Assembly: GCF_006345805.1 (NCBI RefSeq)
Contig: NC_043016.1
Location: 2,480,001-2,544,000, forward strand
Direction: 5' to 3'
Source: Octopus sinensis
Lineage: Eukaryota
Length of the DNA: 64,000 nt
The translations under genes and the position numbers were made by a program. Below the pieces are notes generated by a model, which saw nothing but the letters and a program-made list of their open reading frames with translations, was not told the origin of the DNA and did no database searches. This document shows, piece by piece, positions 26,934 through 40,895 of the stretch. Position 1 is the first letter of the stretch. Every line of letters starts with the position of its first letter.

Positions 26934-27597
26934 CGAGGGAAGGTCAAAAATTATACACACTCTTGTCTTTCAATGTATTTACATAAAGGCAAGGGATGAC
27001 CAAATACATCATTTTTCTATGTAGTCGCTTTCCTTTTCGATGTACTTGGTCCAACAGTCCACAAGCTTGCGTATTCTGTCCAAGAAGGTTTTCGGTTGGT
27101 CGTACAATTTATGCACCGCTTCCTTTACATCTTCATCTGTAGTAAATCAACGACCTTGTAAGCCATCTTTGAGCGATCCAAAGATATGGTAGTTGGAAGG
27201 AGCGAGATCTGGATTGTAAGCAGGGTGTTCCATCACCTCAAAACCCATTTGGTTAATGGTTTCAATGGACTGGGCGGCCGTATGTGGGCGTGCATTGTCC
27301 TGCAACAAAAAATCTTTCTTTGACAATAGGCTTCGACTTTGGTGCGAATTGCTGGCTTCAGTTCGTTGGCCAGCAAAGCACTGTATCATGCACTGTTGCT
27401 CGTACACCCCTTTTCTAGAGAAATCGGATCACTGCTCTTCCCTGGTTTATATTGCTAGTGGAGCAGCCATGCTTACACTTAAGGCTCAAACTTCGATCAC
27501 GAGACAGCAATACTACCAACTATAAACACGCATGTGCAGAAGGCAGTGTGACAACAATAAAGATATGTTATGTTAAATAATTTTTAACTTCCCTCCG
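26934..27597 (-). mobile_element. Internally deleted mariner element with both TIRs
   Basis: TIRs cgagggaaggtcaaaaattat / ataatttttaacttccctccg with TA on both sides; LLQDNARPHTAA..HPAYNPDLAPSNYHIF is the mariner D,D34D region. Confidence 0.9.
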
Positions 27598-27662
27598 TAT
27601 ATACATGCAAATATATATATATGAACGTATACACCTACATGCATTCATACACGTATATATAT

Positions 27663-27710
<48 letters not shown>

Positions 27711-28102
27711 CATATATATATATATATAAGAGAGCGAGAGAGAGAGCTACACATACATATATATATATATATGATGATGATGATGATGGCAATTTTACTT
27801 GCATGTTTCACGGTTTCGTGACCATTCAACAACGATCAATGATCTTTCCTCTGTGCGTCCACGTAGAAAACTGCATACCCGTTTGTCCCTTGAAGTGAAG
27901 TGACAGCACAAATTTACATACTGGGTATTTTTTGTTGTTGTTGTTGTTGTTTATTTTTCTGATGTCTATATTAACTAATTAATGTACATTTATGCAGAAC
28001 ACAGCATGTATTAGAAATACAAGATATACCTAAATAGTTAAAAATACGGTTTTAAAGCCTTCGCTATGTAATTCGAAACTTTAGGCACACACACACACAT
28101 AT

Positions 28103-28140
<38 letters not shown>

Positions 28141-28276
28141 GTACATTCATATATGTAAGTATATATATATGATGTAAAGGTATGTGTATCTTTTTGCAAG
28201 TGTGTGTAATCATATGTTTGTGTTTCCATATGCACATACAAACATACACGCGCGCGCGCACACACACATACATATA

Positions 28277-28317
<41 letters not shown>

Positions 28318-30567
28318 ATGTAATACACATACACCCGCTCGAATTTGGAGTTTAGAGTTTCGCAGAGAAGGCTTTAAAACTGTAGTTTAACTACTGTAAA
28401 TTTAAGTTACGTTCCTAATACACGCTGTGTTGTGAATAAATATTTATTAATTATTAATCACGTGGGTTTTTTTCTGCCTTTAAATCATAAAAGCTATCAG
28501 AACACAGTATGTGTTTGCGTGTGTGCTTGTTTTTGCATAAGTTGTGTGTGTGTTTCTGTTTAACAAAAAAAAAAACACGATTTAATGCGTGATATAACAT
28601 TCCCAGCTTCAATTGCCCGATGGTTGTTCATCTGAATTTTAAATAAATAAATATTTATTTTTCTTAATTTTTCTTTACAAACCTTTGTATATGTTAAAGA
28701 CAATATGCTATGTAACCATATATTTTCAAAATTGTAGTCATGATTTTTAACCCTTGTAGTTTCCCAGATCTTTCCTTCTCAGTTGCCTAAAGAAGACGAA
28801 TCATCAACGTAGATTTTACATTTGTAGTTTTGAACCTAGAGACTCTGTACCACCAGGAAGTTTGCGAAACAATTGCTTGAGATTAACGGAGAGAGTTCTA
28901 TAGAAAGTTTGTTTCATTTTATGGCTAATATAAACCCTTTTTTTTTTCTTTGGAAATCACTTCGATGCTCACAATATCACAACATGACCGTTTCAAATGC
29001 CAAAATGTCATTAATCCCAATGTTATTCAACAGAGCTAGCATATTTTTGTACTTTGAAAGTATATTCTTCTTAGTTTTCTAATTTTGAGATGCGAAAATT
29101 ACTTTGAAAACTCGAAGAACTTCTGCTCCGCATTATCACCGTATTTACTTTAATTAAAAATCAAATTTCACACACACACACACACCTATCTTAATAATAG
29201 TCCCTCACGTCGATTTTGATGTATGGATGTCCAGTCATTTCATTAAATGGAGAACCTGCTCATTGAATCAGCGTTCAAAGTGGCTGCGTATCTCACAGAC
29301 GTGTGTGTCTTGAACTGGTTCCGCTGATAGAATAGGTGCGGCACGGCTGGGCTTTTGAAATACATGTACATTTGGTAGGTTCCTATATAGTTTCTAATCC
29401 ACCCAGATTCATACACAAGGCTTAAGTCGAACAAAGATCATAGCAAACGCACTTGTCTAAGACACCAACTACCACTACTGGAATCAAAGCAGATACCTCT
29501 TAATTGCGATACCTAATTCTTAACCAGTTAACTATGTCTGCGCCCAAGCAGGGATATATTAGTAATCCCTATTCTGGCAATAAAATGGATTGTGACGAAT
29601 GAAACACTTTTTATTATAAGTCTTCTCGATCACGTTTGAGTTGGGGTCAAACAACAACGCAAAATACATCTATTTCTTATTGTCATGTGTGCTAGCTGAA
29701 GGATACAAAAGCTTCTATAAATATACCATCAAGAGCTACAATTCCTTAGATTGGTGGCCAATTTGCTTATAGCCTTATTGTATTATTGAGACTGTCTTAA
29801 AGTATTTCGACGGCACATTTGTTTCTGTGCTAGTTTTCCTTACCATAATTTGTTTATTCCGTAGCTATTATTTTACAAAGTTCAAAATCCTCTTTTTTTA
29901 TCCTATCTTTTCATTGTACATTCATCTTTCATTGAAATATGATGCATTAAAACTTTCGCATAAACATCACTTATTTGAATATGTAGAAGCAGCTCTATTT
30001 CCGCGATTATCACAAAACTAACGAAGCTGTTATATATACTATTCCTTATACAATCACACATTCATGAATGTTTGTTTGTATGTATGTGTATATATGTGTA
30101 TATATATATACTCACAAACACATACACATATACATGTATGTATGTTTGTATTATGTATGTGTATATGTATATATATATATACACATACACACACATGCAC
30201 ATATATATATGTATATATATATACATTTATAAATGCACATAGATAAATGATTGAAAATAGAATGATCGATATTTTTCTATCAAATGACTACAAATGTTTC
30301 GACATATTTTTACAGCTGCTGAAACAGCTGTAGAGATTTTAAATAAAGTATATCGTTCGTTCCACTTTCTTTTATTATTTATCAATTTATATAAACTGTT
30401 CGGATTCCTGGCGTATATCCAGTACTAGGAGCATTATTACTGTGATGACATCAAGGTAGCCAATAACTGTGGATGAGCCTTGTGAAACATATTTAACTAT
30501 ATATACATATATATATATAAATGAATAAATAAATAAATGGAGTTGAACGAAGACGTTAATAACATTC

Positions 30568-30658
30568 CTTTACTTTCGACATATGTTTCGAAGACAGCAT
30601 GGTTTTATTCCACAGGAATAAACGGTGTAAGATGCAATCTTCTCATTAGGAAAGAAAG
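30568..30658 (-). ncRNA. Type I hammerhead ribozyme in the left pLTR (core CUAAUGA)
   Basis: Reverse complement of the fold at 33306-33396; one core substitution. Confidence 0.75.
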
Positions 30659-32131
30659 AGAGCCTCTCTCAACAACAATACATTATAACAGATATCCGGG
30701 AACTGGTCGGCCATTTCATAAAGAATATATATTCCGACCAAATCGGCTATCTGGGCGCTGTCTGAAATTCCCATTAGTACATCAAACGCATTAGGAGTAT
30801 CACTCCGGACCCACAACTTGTTATCGAACTTGATGAAAGATTTCCTAGCAGTCAATATCACATTAATTTCTTCCCTAGAGAGACCTGCTTTATTGTGTGC
30901 ATGCCATATGGCTTTATTGAGTATAATAGGGTTAATTGATGGATAGAAACTAGATATATCGAATTGGATAAATTTAGTGTTGGCCTTATTATTAATGGAA
31001 GTAAACCAATCTACGACTTGAACAGAATTAGACCATAAGCTAAGTTTTAATGTCTGAGCTGCATATAACTAATATACTAACCCAGCATTGCGGCTTATAT
31101 GCCCTTCCAGCTCAGACATCGGTATTCTTAGTAAATACATATTAGATAAGTATATCCCTACATTAATTAAACAATTAAAACTTAGTTTATGGTATAATTC
31201 TGTTCAAGATGTCCGGGAATGGCCGACCAGTTCCCGGACATCTGTGGAGGTCATTATCTCGACGATTGTCTGCTTTACCTCCGAAACATTTCAAATCAAA
31301 AAATACAGAAGGTTAAGAATAGATTAGTTAGGTTTTTTTTAGTAGAATGGGCTTGCACATCGTTTTTGACGATGAGTTAACTAAAGCCAACTTCTTAGAC
31401 ATTACTCTCAATTTACAAAATAACTTGTACTTCCCATACCATAAACCTTCCACAAATCTTAAATATATTAGTCTCTACAGTAATCACGCTAGGGCAATTA
31501 CCAATAATTTAATTAAAAACATCTCACTTAGATTGTCTAAATTATCTGCCAATGTTGACATTTTTAAAGGAAAAGCAGACTTCTTTAACGCCGCCTTGAT
31601 AAAAGCTGGCTATAAAGAGAAAGTGTCATACATTGATTCTGCTCATTCTAGTCCTTTAGCTGCTGCTCCAGACAAAATATCTAGTTGCAATAGTAAGAGT
31701 GATTTTAATTCTAATAGTGTAAGCAGCCCAATACATAATATAAATTCTTCACGGACCAGGGAGGTAAGCGACATTTAACCTTAAATTTCCAACCAAGAAA
31801 TTTTTCCCCTACCTTTATAAAAAATACCACGTACAATTCAAAAGTCACTAGGAACAGTATCTGGTTCGTAATCCCATTCGGAAAACAATTTAAATCGAAC
31901 TTTCCTTTGCAGTTCCGTGAAGCGGTTGCTTGAAACTTCCCCAAAAATTCTAGATATTATTCTATTATCAACCCCAACAAAGTTAGATTCGCTTTCTCCA
32001 ACACTAAGAATCTCTCGCAAATTATATCTTCTCACAATACCAATCTGCTAAATAAAGGTTCTTTATCCGGGAGTTCCAACATTAATCTTGTTAATTCCAA
32101 CACCTCATACAATAATAATAATAATAATAAT

Positions 32132-32178
<47 letters not shown>

Positions 32179-32252
32179 GTAATAATAATAATAACATTAA
32201 TAATAACGGTATTATTGTTGATAATGAAATTTATTGTATTAATAAAAATAAA

Positions 32253-32305
<53 letters not shown>

Positions 32306-32382
32306 TAATTATGGTGATGATGATGATGATTATGATGGTGGTGGTGGTGATGGTGGTTGTGATGGTGGTGATGGTGATGATG

Positions 32383-32492
<110 letters not shown>

Positions 32493-32503
32493 AATGATTA
32501 TGG

Positions 32504-32573
<70 letters not shown>

Positions 32574-33305
32574 AACAATAATAATCGTAGCAATAAAAAC
32601 TTGGTTTCGATCTCTGAGGACAACCCCAACAGAATTAAATTTTTGTCTAATAACTCTAAGATCAAAAATTTTATATGCTAGTGTAAAATTTCTTCTGGTA
32701 CCGATGTCTTCTTCTATATATACGCGCGTCCACTTCTCAGTTATCCAAGAGAATTTCAAATCATTATTCATCATATAGGGATAGCAAAAAACGACATAGT
32801 ACAGGGCTAAGTAAATTAGCTTGGCGTCTTAAAGACAACGATATAGATTTTAAGTTAGATTGGTTCACACTGTCCGTAGCCTTCCCTTTCGATAAGGGCA
32901 AGAGATTTTGTAACATTTGCAATTATGAACCCTTCCATATTCTCTTCTCTAAGAATCCCCTTGTAAACACACTCATAGAGAGATCGTACAAATGTAAACA
33001 CAGGCAGAAACATACCTTCAGCTCATATAAGTGATTTCGCCAGTCTTTATAGTTTGAACATTTAGTTTAACTTGCACTTCACTTCAATAGAGGAATTTTT
33101 TCCTAAACCTTTAAACATTCTTTTAATCAACGTATTCCTCCCTCTCTATTTGTTCCCTAATTACTATCCCTTTAACCCTTCCCCTCCTTCTATCTGCCTT
33201 TGACGTCAAATCTACTAACGTTTTATAAAATACCTAATAACGTCCTGTTTATCATGTAGGCAGCCGTCGTAAATGTTATAATGTCTTGTTGTTGAGAGAG
33301 GCTCT

Positions 33306-33396
33306 CTTTCTTTCCTGGTGAGAAGATTGCATCTTACACCGTTTATTCCTTTGGAATAAAACCATGCTGTCTTCGAAACATATGTCGAAAGTAAAG
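33306..33396 (+). ncRNA. Type I hammerhead ribozyme in the right pLTR (core CUGGUGA)
   Basis: ctttctttc-CTGGTGA-gaaga...tcttc-GAAA-catatg-TC-gaaagtaaag: stem I, long stem II, palindromic stem III, GUC at 33384-33386. Confidence 0.8.
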
Positions 33397-33633
33397 GCAT
33401 TTTATTAACATCTTCGTTCAACTCCATTTATTTATTTATACATCTGTAACACACAAATTACTGCACATTAACTCGGAGTTTCTACCTTTGGATTGGTCGC
33501 TTCAACCGAGTTTCTGACGTGAATTTGCTACACTAGTAACGGTTCATTGAATTTTCCATGTTAACGGTAAACATAGGATAATTCATTCACCCATCGAAAT
33601 ATTCATATATATATATATATATATATATTTAAC

Positions 33634-33697
<64 letters not shown>

Positions 33698-33699
33698 GT

Positions 33700-33897
33700 T
33701 TGTATATGTTTGTGTGTCTGTATTTGTCCCCTCCAACATCGCTTGACAACCGATGCTGGTGTGTTTACGTACTTGTAACTTAGAGGTTCGGCAAAAGAGA
33801 TTGATAGAACATGTCTAGGTTTACAAAGAATAAGACCTGGGGTCGATTTGCTCGACTAAAGGCGGTGCTCCAGCATGGCTGAAACAAGTAAGGAGTA
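33700..33897 (+). mobile_element. Family A SINE 3' half
   Basis: Matches 38700-38900. Confidence 0.85.
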
Positions 33898-34606
33898 TAT
33901 ATATATACACACATATGAGAGGGAATCCACTAAACTGGACGCCCTTACGCTAATGAGAGATATCATGAGTCTCAACCACTAAAAATTGTTCTCAAGAAAA
34001 ACTTAGCGCAACATGAACGTAAGCGAGCAGGACAAATGAAAATTAACAAAAATATAGATTAACCCCATACAATTGTTTCACTGTTAATAAATTATGCAAT
34101 TTTACTTACACAATTAATTTGCAGATCCTCAGTGAAGTCCGTCAAAATATAATTTGTCGAACTACACGCCATATATTTTAACAAGAGGTCTAAAATACGA
34201 GTAATACGGCCTATCATATTCATAGTTATATTCAAATGCCATCGTTTAGCGCGCCAAATTCTCGGAAATAGATACTGCATAAATAATTAACTGCAGTAGT
34301 TTACGCCGGTTTGAGAACATATTAATTTAGAATTAAAGTAATTTTGACTTTATATATATATATATAAATTTATATACACATCTATGTATGCATGTATATG
34401 TGTATGTCATTATTCAGTTTTATTTCAAGGTTTCTTGCCTATAGAGAAAGAGCTGGTTTCTAACCTCGATCCAAGGCTCCTTCATTGGAAGTTCAGTAAC
34501 ATCAGCGGGATATTTTTGTATGTATGTTTGTATGTACGCATATATGTTTGTATGTACGTACGTATGTATGTATGTATGTATGTATGTATGTATGTATGTA
34601 TGTATG

Positions 34607-34637
<31 letters not shown>

Positions 34638-34649
34638 TCGTGTCTCTTA

Positions 34650-35250
34650 CCATTGGTTCTTCTGAGGTTACTTGCAAAAATGTGTTTGCGCGTTTCTTAA
34701 AGACACCGAGATCTACTCCATGTTGATCTCTTAAGAGTTTTGGCAGGCAGTTATGAGGAACCTATCTGAATGCGGTACAGGATCTCTTTGTGTCTCGTAG
34801 CAATATAACTGTCCCAGATATTGACGCAATTTTCTCCTTTTGGTACTCACTCGAAACTTTTAGAGTGTCATAAACTGTTGGATACTGAAATTTCTTGTCT
34901 GGCTCTGAATTGAAAGGCCAGTCTCCGGAATGTGCTTCGAATTCTGCTAGAATATGCTATCACCAGTGGAGATACTCGGTATTAATAAGTCCTAGAATTC
35001 GGAGTGATTATGACTCTTTAGCTGAGCGTTTGGTTTTGAAGTGATGTTTTCTTGACATGACTCCACAAGCAGATACTTTGCTTTTAGGCAATCGGTGTAG
35101 GAGCCAATTCTGTAAAAGTTCTGCGTTCATCGGTTCATAACCATTCAACAGCCTGCCAAAACTTTTAAGAGATCAACATGGAGTGGATGTCGGTGTTTTT
35201 AAGAAACGCGCAAACACATTCCTAAAGTTAACCTTCCAGTTCGTGACTAA
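34650..35250. mobile_element. CR1-like LINE 3' fragments in head-to-head orientation
   Basis: PFNSLPKLLRDQHGVDVGVFKK (CR1-type C-terminus) on plus at about 35135-35225; its reverse complement at about 34680-34760. Confidence 0.6.
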
Positions 35251-35253
35251 TGC

Positions 35254-36290
35254 TTGGTCTTGCGCTGCCAGTATAGTGCTCTCGGACTCTTAGTGTTCCT
35301 TTCATCAGCCAATCTCACCTACGTTCTCCAACAACGTCTTGTACCGCTGCATGGAAATGATTGTGTAGTACCTTCTTGCGTAATTCTTTTTCATGTCCTT
35401 TTTGTACTTCTTTCTGCATTTCCATTTTTTTTCTGCTCTCAATACTCCCTCGTTCCTAACTGTCAGTAGCAAGCTTTCCTTACTTTGGGATAGGTATCTC
35501 ATTAAGCTCTCGAGTTCCATACACACGCAGTCTTCCACACTTATCAGAACCTTTCTTTTCTTCATGTATAGGCGATCAAAATTAGCACGTGGATGATGGG
35601 ATCCATGCATCTTTCTTGACTTCTTATCCATCTCTTTTAGTTCCTCCTCTCTCCACTTCAGGATTCTAGCGCCATCTTGCACTGCTGCAACTGCGCGCGT
35701 GTCCGTTGCCGAAATTATGATGCTGGCATTCAGTTTTGAAGCCAATATTTTTTTCACTCTCCGCAGGTACCCACCTTTTGTCCCCTCCTTCATGTTGTGA
35801 TGTTTAATTCTGTCTATCTCAAATATTCCCAGGTATTTATTGCTGGACTGAAGTTGAATTGCCTTCATCTTCTCACCACTTGTCAACCATATTCCTTCTG
35901 CCCTGGCAAGCTTTTTTCATCTCATCACCATCGTAGCATATTATGAGAGTCCAAACTTCATCTTAACATCATTGGAGAATATCCGCACAGACGGGATTAT
36001 GTTGTCCAGTTCTGCCCCAAATTCGTGGATAGCTTCAGGTCATCCATGAATAGCAAGTAGTTTAGTTTTTCCCTTACATCTTCCCAGGTCATACCCCAAC
36101 TTTGTTTTCTGTAGTATTTCACCCAAGCGGATCATCCCCAGCACGAACCTCTTGATTTTCACTCCTACTACTTCATTCCCTGCTCTCAATTCCGTTCTCC
36201 AGCATTGCATGCTATTTCATATAAAGGCTTCTCATATTTTCTGCTACTCCATACATTTTTACTGTTCTTATTATCCAGGAGGGTGGTATC
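35254..36290 (-). mobile_element. Degenerate R4/Dong RT fragment
   Basis: LNYLLFMDDLKL (catalytic motif, about 36050), KYLGIFE, YLRRVKKILASKLNA, HHPRANFDRLY. Confidence 0.85.
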
Positions 36291-36320
36291 ATATCATATG
36301 CTTTGCGATAGCGAACCCAT

Positions 36321-36394
<74 letters not shown>

Positions 36395-36448
36395 TTATTA
36401 TTATTATCTTCATCATCATCATCATCATCATCATCATCGTCGTCGTCG

Positions 36449-36507
<59 letters not shown>

Positions 36508-36509
<2 letters not shown>

Positions 36510-36720
36510 TGCCGGGCAAGACACTTAGTGGCATTTCGTCCGTCTTTGTGTTCTGAGTTCAAATTTCGCCAAGGTTGAGTTTGCCTTTCATACTTTCATC
36601 CTTTCATCCTTTCATCCTTCTTATAAATTAAGTACCAGTGCAACTCCGTAGTCAATGTAATCGACTAGTCCCCTCTGCTCAAATTTCAGGCCTTTGGCCT
36701 ATAGTATAAAGGCTTATTAT
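36508..36720 (+). mobile_element. Family B SINE, 5'-truncated
   Basis: gagttcaaatttcgccaaggttgagtttgcctttcat..ataaattaagtaccag. Confidence 0.8.
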
Positions 36721-36816
36721 TACATTGTTTTATAAATTTTCTACTTGTCGCGCACAAACAATTTTCGTTGATGTTTCATGTGCCAAGAAGTGACAAAACA
36801 TCGGAAACTATTGCTA

Positions 36817-37720
36817 CGGGGATCGGCTGAAAAGTTCATAGACTGACCAAGATGTTCTCATGGACTGTGACCAAATGAGATTTACTTTTCCACAATGACC
36901 CTACTGAGGTCCACTCACTGCTTCCATCGGTGTTGCAGTGCTTGGATACCATTGGTGAAGAAGTTCTTATCCTGTTCGTCAAAAAAAGCGTCAGCAGCAG
37001 TTATGAAGTTACCATCACTGCGATGATTGTTCTCAGTCACATGTTTTGAATGCTGGGAACTGATGATTATTAGATGAGATCAAATCAGGAGAACGGAGAT
37101 GGTGATCAACCAGTTTAAAGCCACAATCACACACAACAATCACTGAAAGCAAGAACCTCTATACTGGAGCATTGTCCTGATTAAACAAGACCAGATTTGT
37201 CAGTTTTCCTGGATGTATAGTCTTGATAGCCTTTCGTAACTGTCTCAGCATTTTGGAATAATACTCACTATTGATGGTGTGGTCCTTTTGAAGATAGTCA
37301 ATAAACACAATGGCTTCTGCAGCCCAAGAAACTGAAGCTATCACCTTCCCTGCAGAGGAAACGGCCTTGACCGTTTTTGGAGCAGGTGAGGAGGGGTGTT
37401 TCAATTGCATGGAATTGTGTCTTGGGCTTTGGCTCAAAGTGATGAAACACCTGCATCTGTCTCGAACAATGTCAGATTTCCTGCGGTGTATATCGCCTTT
37501 GTTGAGGAAATGACCCACAGGATATTGCAGACAAACATCCCGCTAAGAATACGGCATGGTCATGGCTGGGATGTCATGTATGAGCTCAATCAGAATTAAA
37601 CTACAAATAAGTCTTGGTTCCCTCATGAAGTGTTTGCAACTTATAAAGATTTTGCTATGGACAGAAAATGGTGTTGCTTTGACAGAAAACAAGTGTTGTG
37701 TATGTATGGCTTATGACAGA
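36817..37720 (-). mobile_element. Mariner transposase remnant with one TIR
   Basis: SAGKVIASVSWAAEAIVFIDYLQKDHTINSEYY..QDNAP and FFTNGIQALQHRW; TA|cggggatcggctgaaaagttc terminus at 36817. Confidence 0.85.
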
Positions 37721-38507
37721 ATCATTCAACTTAACCACCAATGTAATTCTGATTCAGATATTAAGATGATTAACACGTGATTAGTACGTGATTAAGAAGT
37801 AGACCATCAGGAGTTTTTGACTTCATTTACAACCACATTAACGTTCATGTGTGAGAGATTTTGTGAGACAATTTTGTGCAGCGTTGCTCGTGATATGGGT
37901 GGGCAGCGCCTTCAGTTGGAGGGAGGCTTGTGAAGATTGACAGGGTGAAGTCGGGTGAATAAATTGCTGCGATAAATAAAATTAAGATAGTTTTTAAAAT
38001 ATTTGGTCTTATTCAACACTGATTAGGAAATAAGAATTATGTGGATGTACATGTATTTTGTCTTATCATTAATAAAGATAGGATACAAGTAAAAGATTCA
38101 CTAATGCTTTCCAAATGGCCTCGAATTTGAGAGCTTGTAAACCACTGATTTAGTAAACAGATATGTGTATGTGTGTGTGTATAATATGTATGTATATATG
38201 TATATGTATATATGTATATGTATGTAGGTATGTATGTACGTATGTATATATGCGCATGTATGCATGTAAATATGTTTGTGTGTGTGTATATCATATGTAT
38301 TTATGTATATGTATGTAGGTATGTATGTACATATGGATATATGTGTATGTATGTAGTATTTATGTAAATACACATGTTTGTGTGTGCGTGTGCTTGTGTG
38401 TATATCATATGTACATGTGTATATATGTATATATATATGTAGTTATGTATGTAAGTACTTATGTATATGTGTGTGTGCGCGCGTATGTTTGTATGCATAC
38501 ATCTACG

Positions 38508-38911
38508 TAGGAGTGGCTGTGTGGTAAGTAGCTTGTTTACCAACCACATGGTTCCGGGTCCAGTCCTACTGCGTGGCACCTTGGGCAAGTGTCTTCTACT
38601 ATAGCCTCGGACCGACCAAAGCCTTGTGAGTAGATTTGGTAGACGGAAACTGAAAGAAGCCCGTCGTATATATGTATATGTATATATATGAGTGTGTGTT
38701 TGTGTGTCTGGGTTTGTCCCCACCTCCAACATTGCTTGACAACCGATGCTGGTGTGTTTACGTCCCGTAACTTAGCGGTTCGGCAAAAGAGACCGATAGA
38801 ATAAGTACTAGGCTTACAAGGAATAAGTAGTCCTGGGGTCGATTTGCTCAACTAAAGGCGGTGCTCCAGCATGGCCGCAGTCAAATGAGTGAAACAAGTA
38901 AAAGAGTAAAA
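38508..38911 (+). mobile_element. tRNA-derived SINE family A, full length
   Basis: taggagtggctgtgtggtaag head, CORE-like gcaccttgggcaagtgtc, tail gaaacaagtaaaagagtaaaag. Confidence 0.9.
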
Positions 38912-39299
38912 GGGGTACACACACACACGTTCTTTAAAATGCGTCATAATCAGTAATATTCATCAATGTGCTGCTTTGGCTTAACCACTCGCTTGTCTAA
39001 TTATGGAAAACTCATAGTCACATGTTAATGCATTGCTACGGCGAAATATATTCTCTTTACTTTCACATTCGTCTGTTCAAAAAAGTCCCTCTGAATATGA
39101 GTATTATATAATACCGGGTCAACGAATAACCCCGTATACAGATTTAAATAGTTTTTGTGTCTGGCGCTAATTGCCCACTCCTTTCGTTTCTCTCCAGTGT
39201 GAAACAAATGTTGTCGGTCATCTGAAACTCAAACGTAGTCTTTGAAAAAAAAATTAAGTAGGCGGTGGAATTGAGTAGGATCGAGTGATAATTCCAGCT

Positions 39300-39395
39300 A
39301 TTTTGGTTAGATGACGGGAGTGGGAAGGACCAAATATATAGCAGCGTGTGTTGGAGTGGAGGGGCGGGGCGGGGGAAGTTTCCGAGATTCCCATT
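39300..39395 (-). promoter_or_regulatory. Candidate TATA plus GC-box promoter
   Basis: Tandem GC boxes ggggcggggcgggg (39361-39374). Minus-strand TATATAT begins at 39340, 28 nt upstream of a pyrimidine-A initiator-like gtcAt at 39312. Confidence 0.4.
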
Positions 39396-39604
39396 GCTGC
39401 TCGGGATTGAATATTTACATGTTCCTAGGAGACAATAATGATGCTTGAATGCTAAGAGAATCGGGTTAGTGGTAGTTTGAACTGTATATATATATGACTG
39501 GTGTGTTTATATATGCATACATATCACATATATTTGTATACATGTATATATAATATATATATATTATATATATATACAGACATAAACATAATACTTGTAT
39601 ATAT

Positions 39605-39656
<52 letters not shown>

Positions 39657-40239
39657 ATATATATCTATATGCACATTCAAATACAAATACATATCTAAAT
39701 ATATCTGTAAATATTTATAAATAAACATATATATAAATAATTACATATATATATGTGTGTGTGTGTATATATATTATATGTAAATATATATACATAACAT
39801 ACATATACATACTATATATATACTTATATATATATACACATATATATATACACACATATATATGTATATAACTTTAATACAATTAGCACATACATGTATG
39901 TCGTGGGTGACTATATGTGTTTAAGAGAAATATATTTATATATGTATGAATCTAAGTATGTATATGCTGTTGATATGTATATATCAATTACTAATTAGTT
40001 AATTTGCATGCACTATCATGAAATTATTTTTCTCATATAATATAAATATATTCAAGCATGCGTTCATACATTATAATGTGCATACACACATGCATATACA
40101 CATATATACTGAGAGCACCCGTGTATGTATATATATATCGGTATCCGTTACCCTATTATTCCCGGGAATTGGTATGCAGGTACACTATGCACGTCGAGAG
40201 CAGATAACAACAGGATAAACAAGAGTTTGTCAGGAACCA

Positions 40240-40804
40240 ATGCAAATAATTAGAAAATGGAGAAAACCATAGATTAACCAACACATCGATTGGACCACAT
40301 TTAAAGCTTGTTTATTGATACAAAGCATGATATAACAATTTGGATGACGTAACATATTTTAGGACCGTTACTGATCGGATTACCATAATGCAGTCTATAA
40401 ATAAATGCGAGAATAAAGTTCTTCCCTTCGTAGGGCATTCGAATTAGGCAAGGGATCCTCATCAGAGTGAAAAACACGAGCATATAATATAAACAAAAGG
40501 AAGAAGGAAAAGAAAAGAAAACTTGGCTTAGACAAATAGTCTAGAAGCCCAATATGTTAAGAGCAAATAATTTTGGGCTTCTAGACTATTTGTCTAAGCT
40601 TTAAATCGAATGCCCTATCAAGATGAAGAACTTTATTCTCGCATTTATGCTTAGACTGCACTTTGGCAATCTGATCAGTAACGGCCGTAAGACATGTTAC
40701 ATCATCTATTTTTGCTATGTCATGCTTTGTATTAAAAAGTAAGCTATAAATGTGGTCCAAGCTATATGTTTGTTATCTGTGGTTTTCTCCATTTTCTAAT
40801 TATT

Positions 40805-40809
<5 letters not shown>
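40240..40809. repeat. Nested fold-back element (about 200-bp diverged arms plus a perfect 27-bp inner hairpin)
   Basis: Arms 40240-40442 / 40606-40809; inner hairpin 40526-40552 / 40573-40599. Confidence 0.88.
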
Positions 40810-40856
<47 letters not shown>

Positions 40857-40895
40857 AAAAAGGAGATGTGGAACACGAGTTGTGATATATAAAAA

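Noticed and set aside
30465-30495. ctgtggatgagccttgtgaaacat, hammerhead-like words
   Set aside because: The core is interrupted and stems I and II do not pair.
38508-38580. tRNA-like heads here and in other SINE copies
   Set aside because: A/B boxes are present but there is no complete cloverleaf; they are SINE heads, not tRNA genes.
39025-39207. ORF containing HTGEK (C2H2 linker-like)
   Set aside because: No flanking Cys/His finger pattern and no ATG start; chance match.
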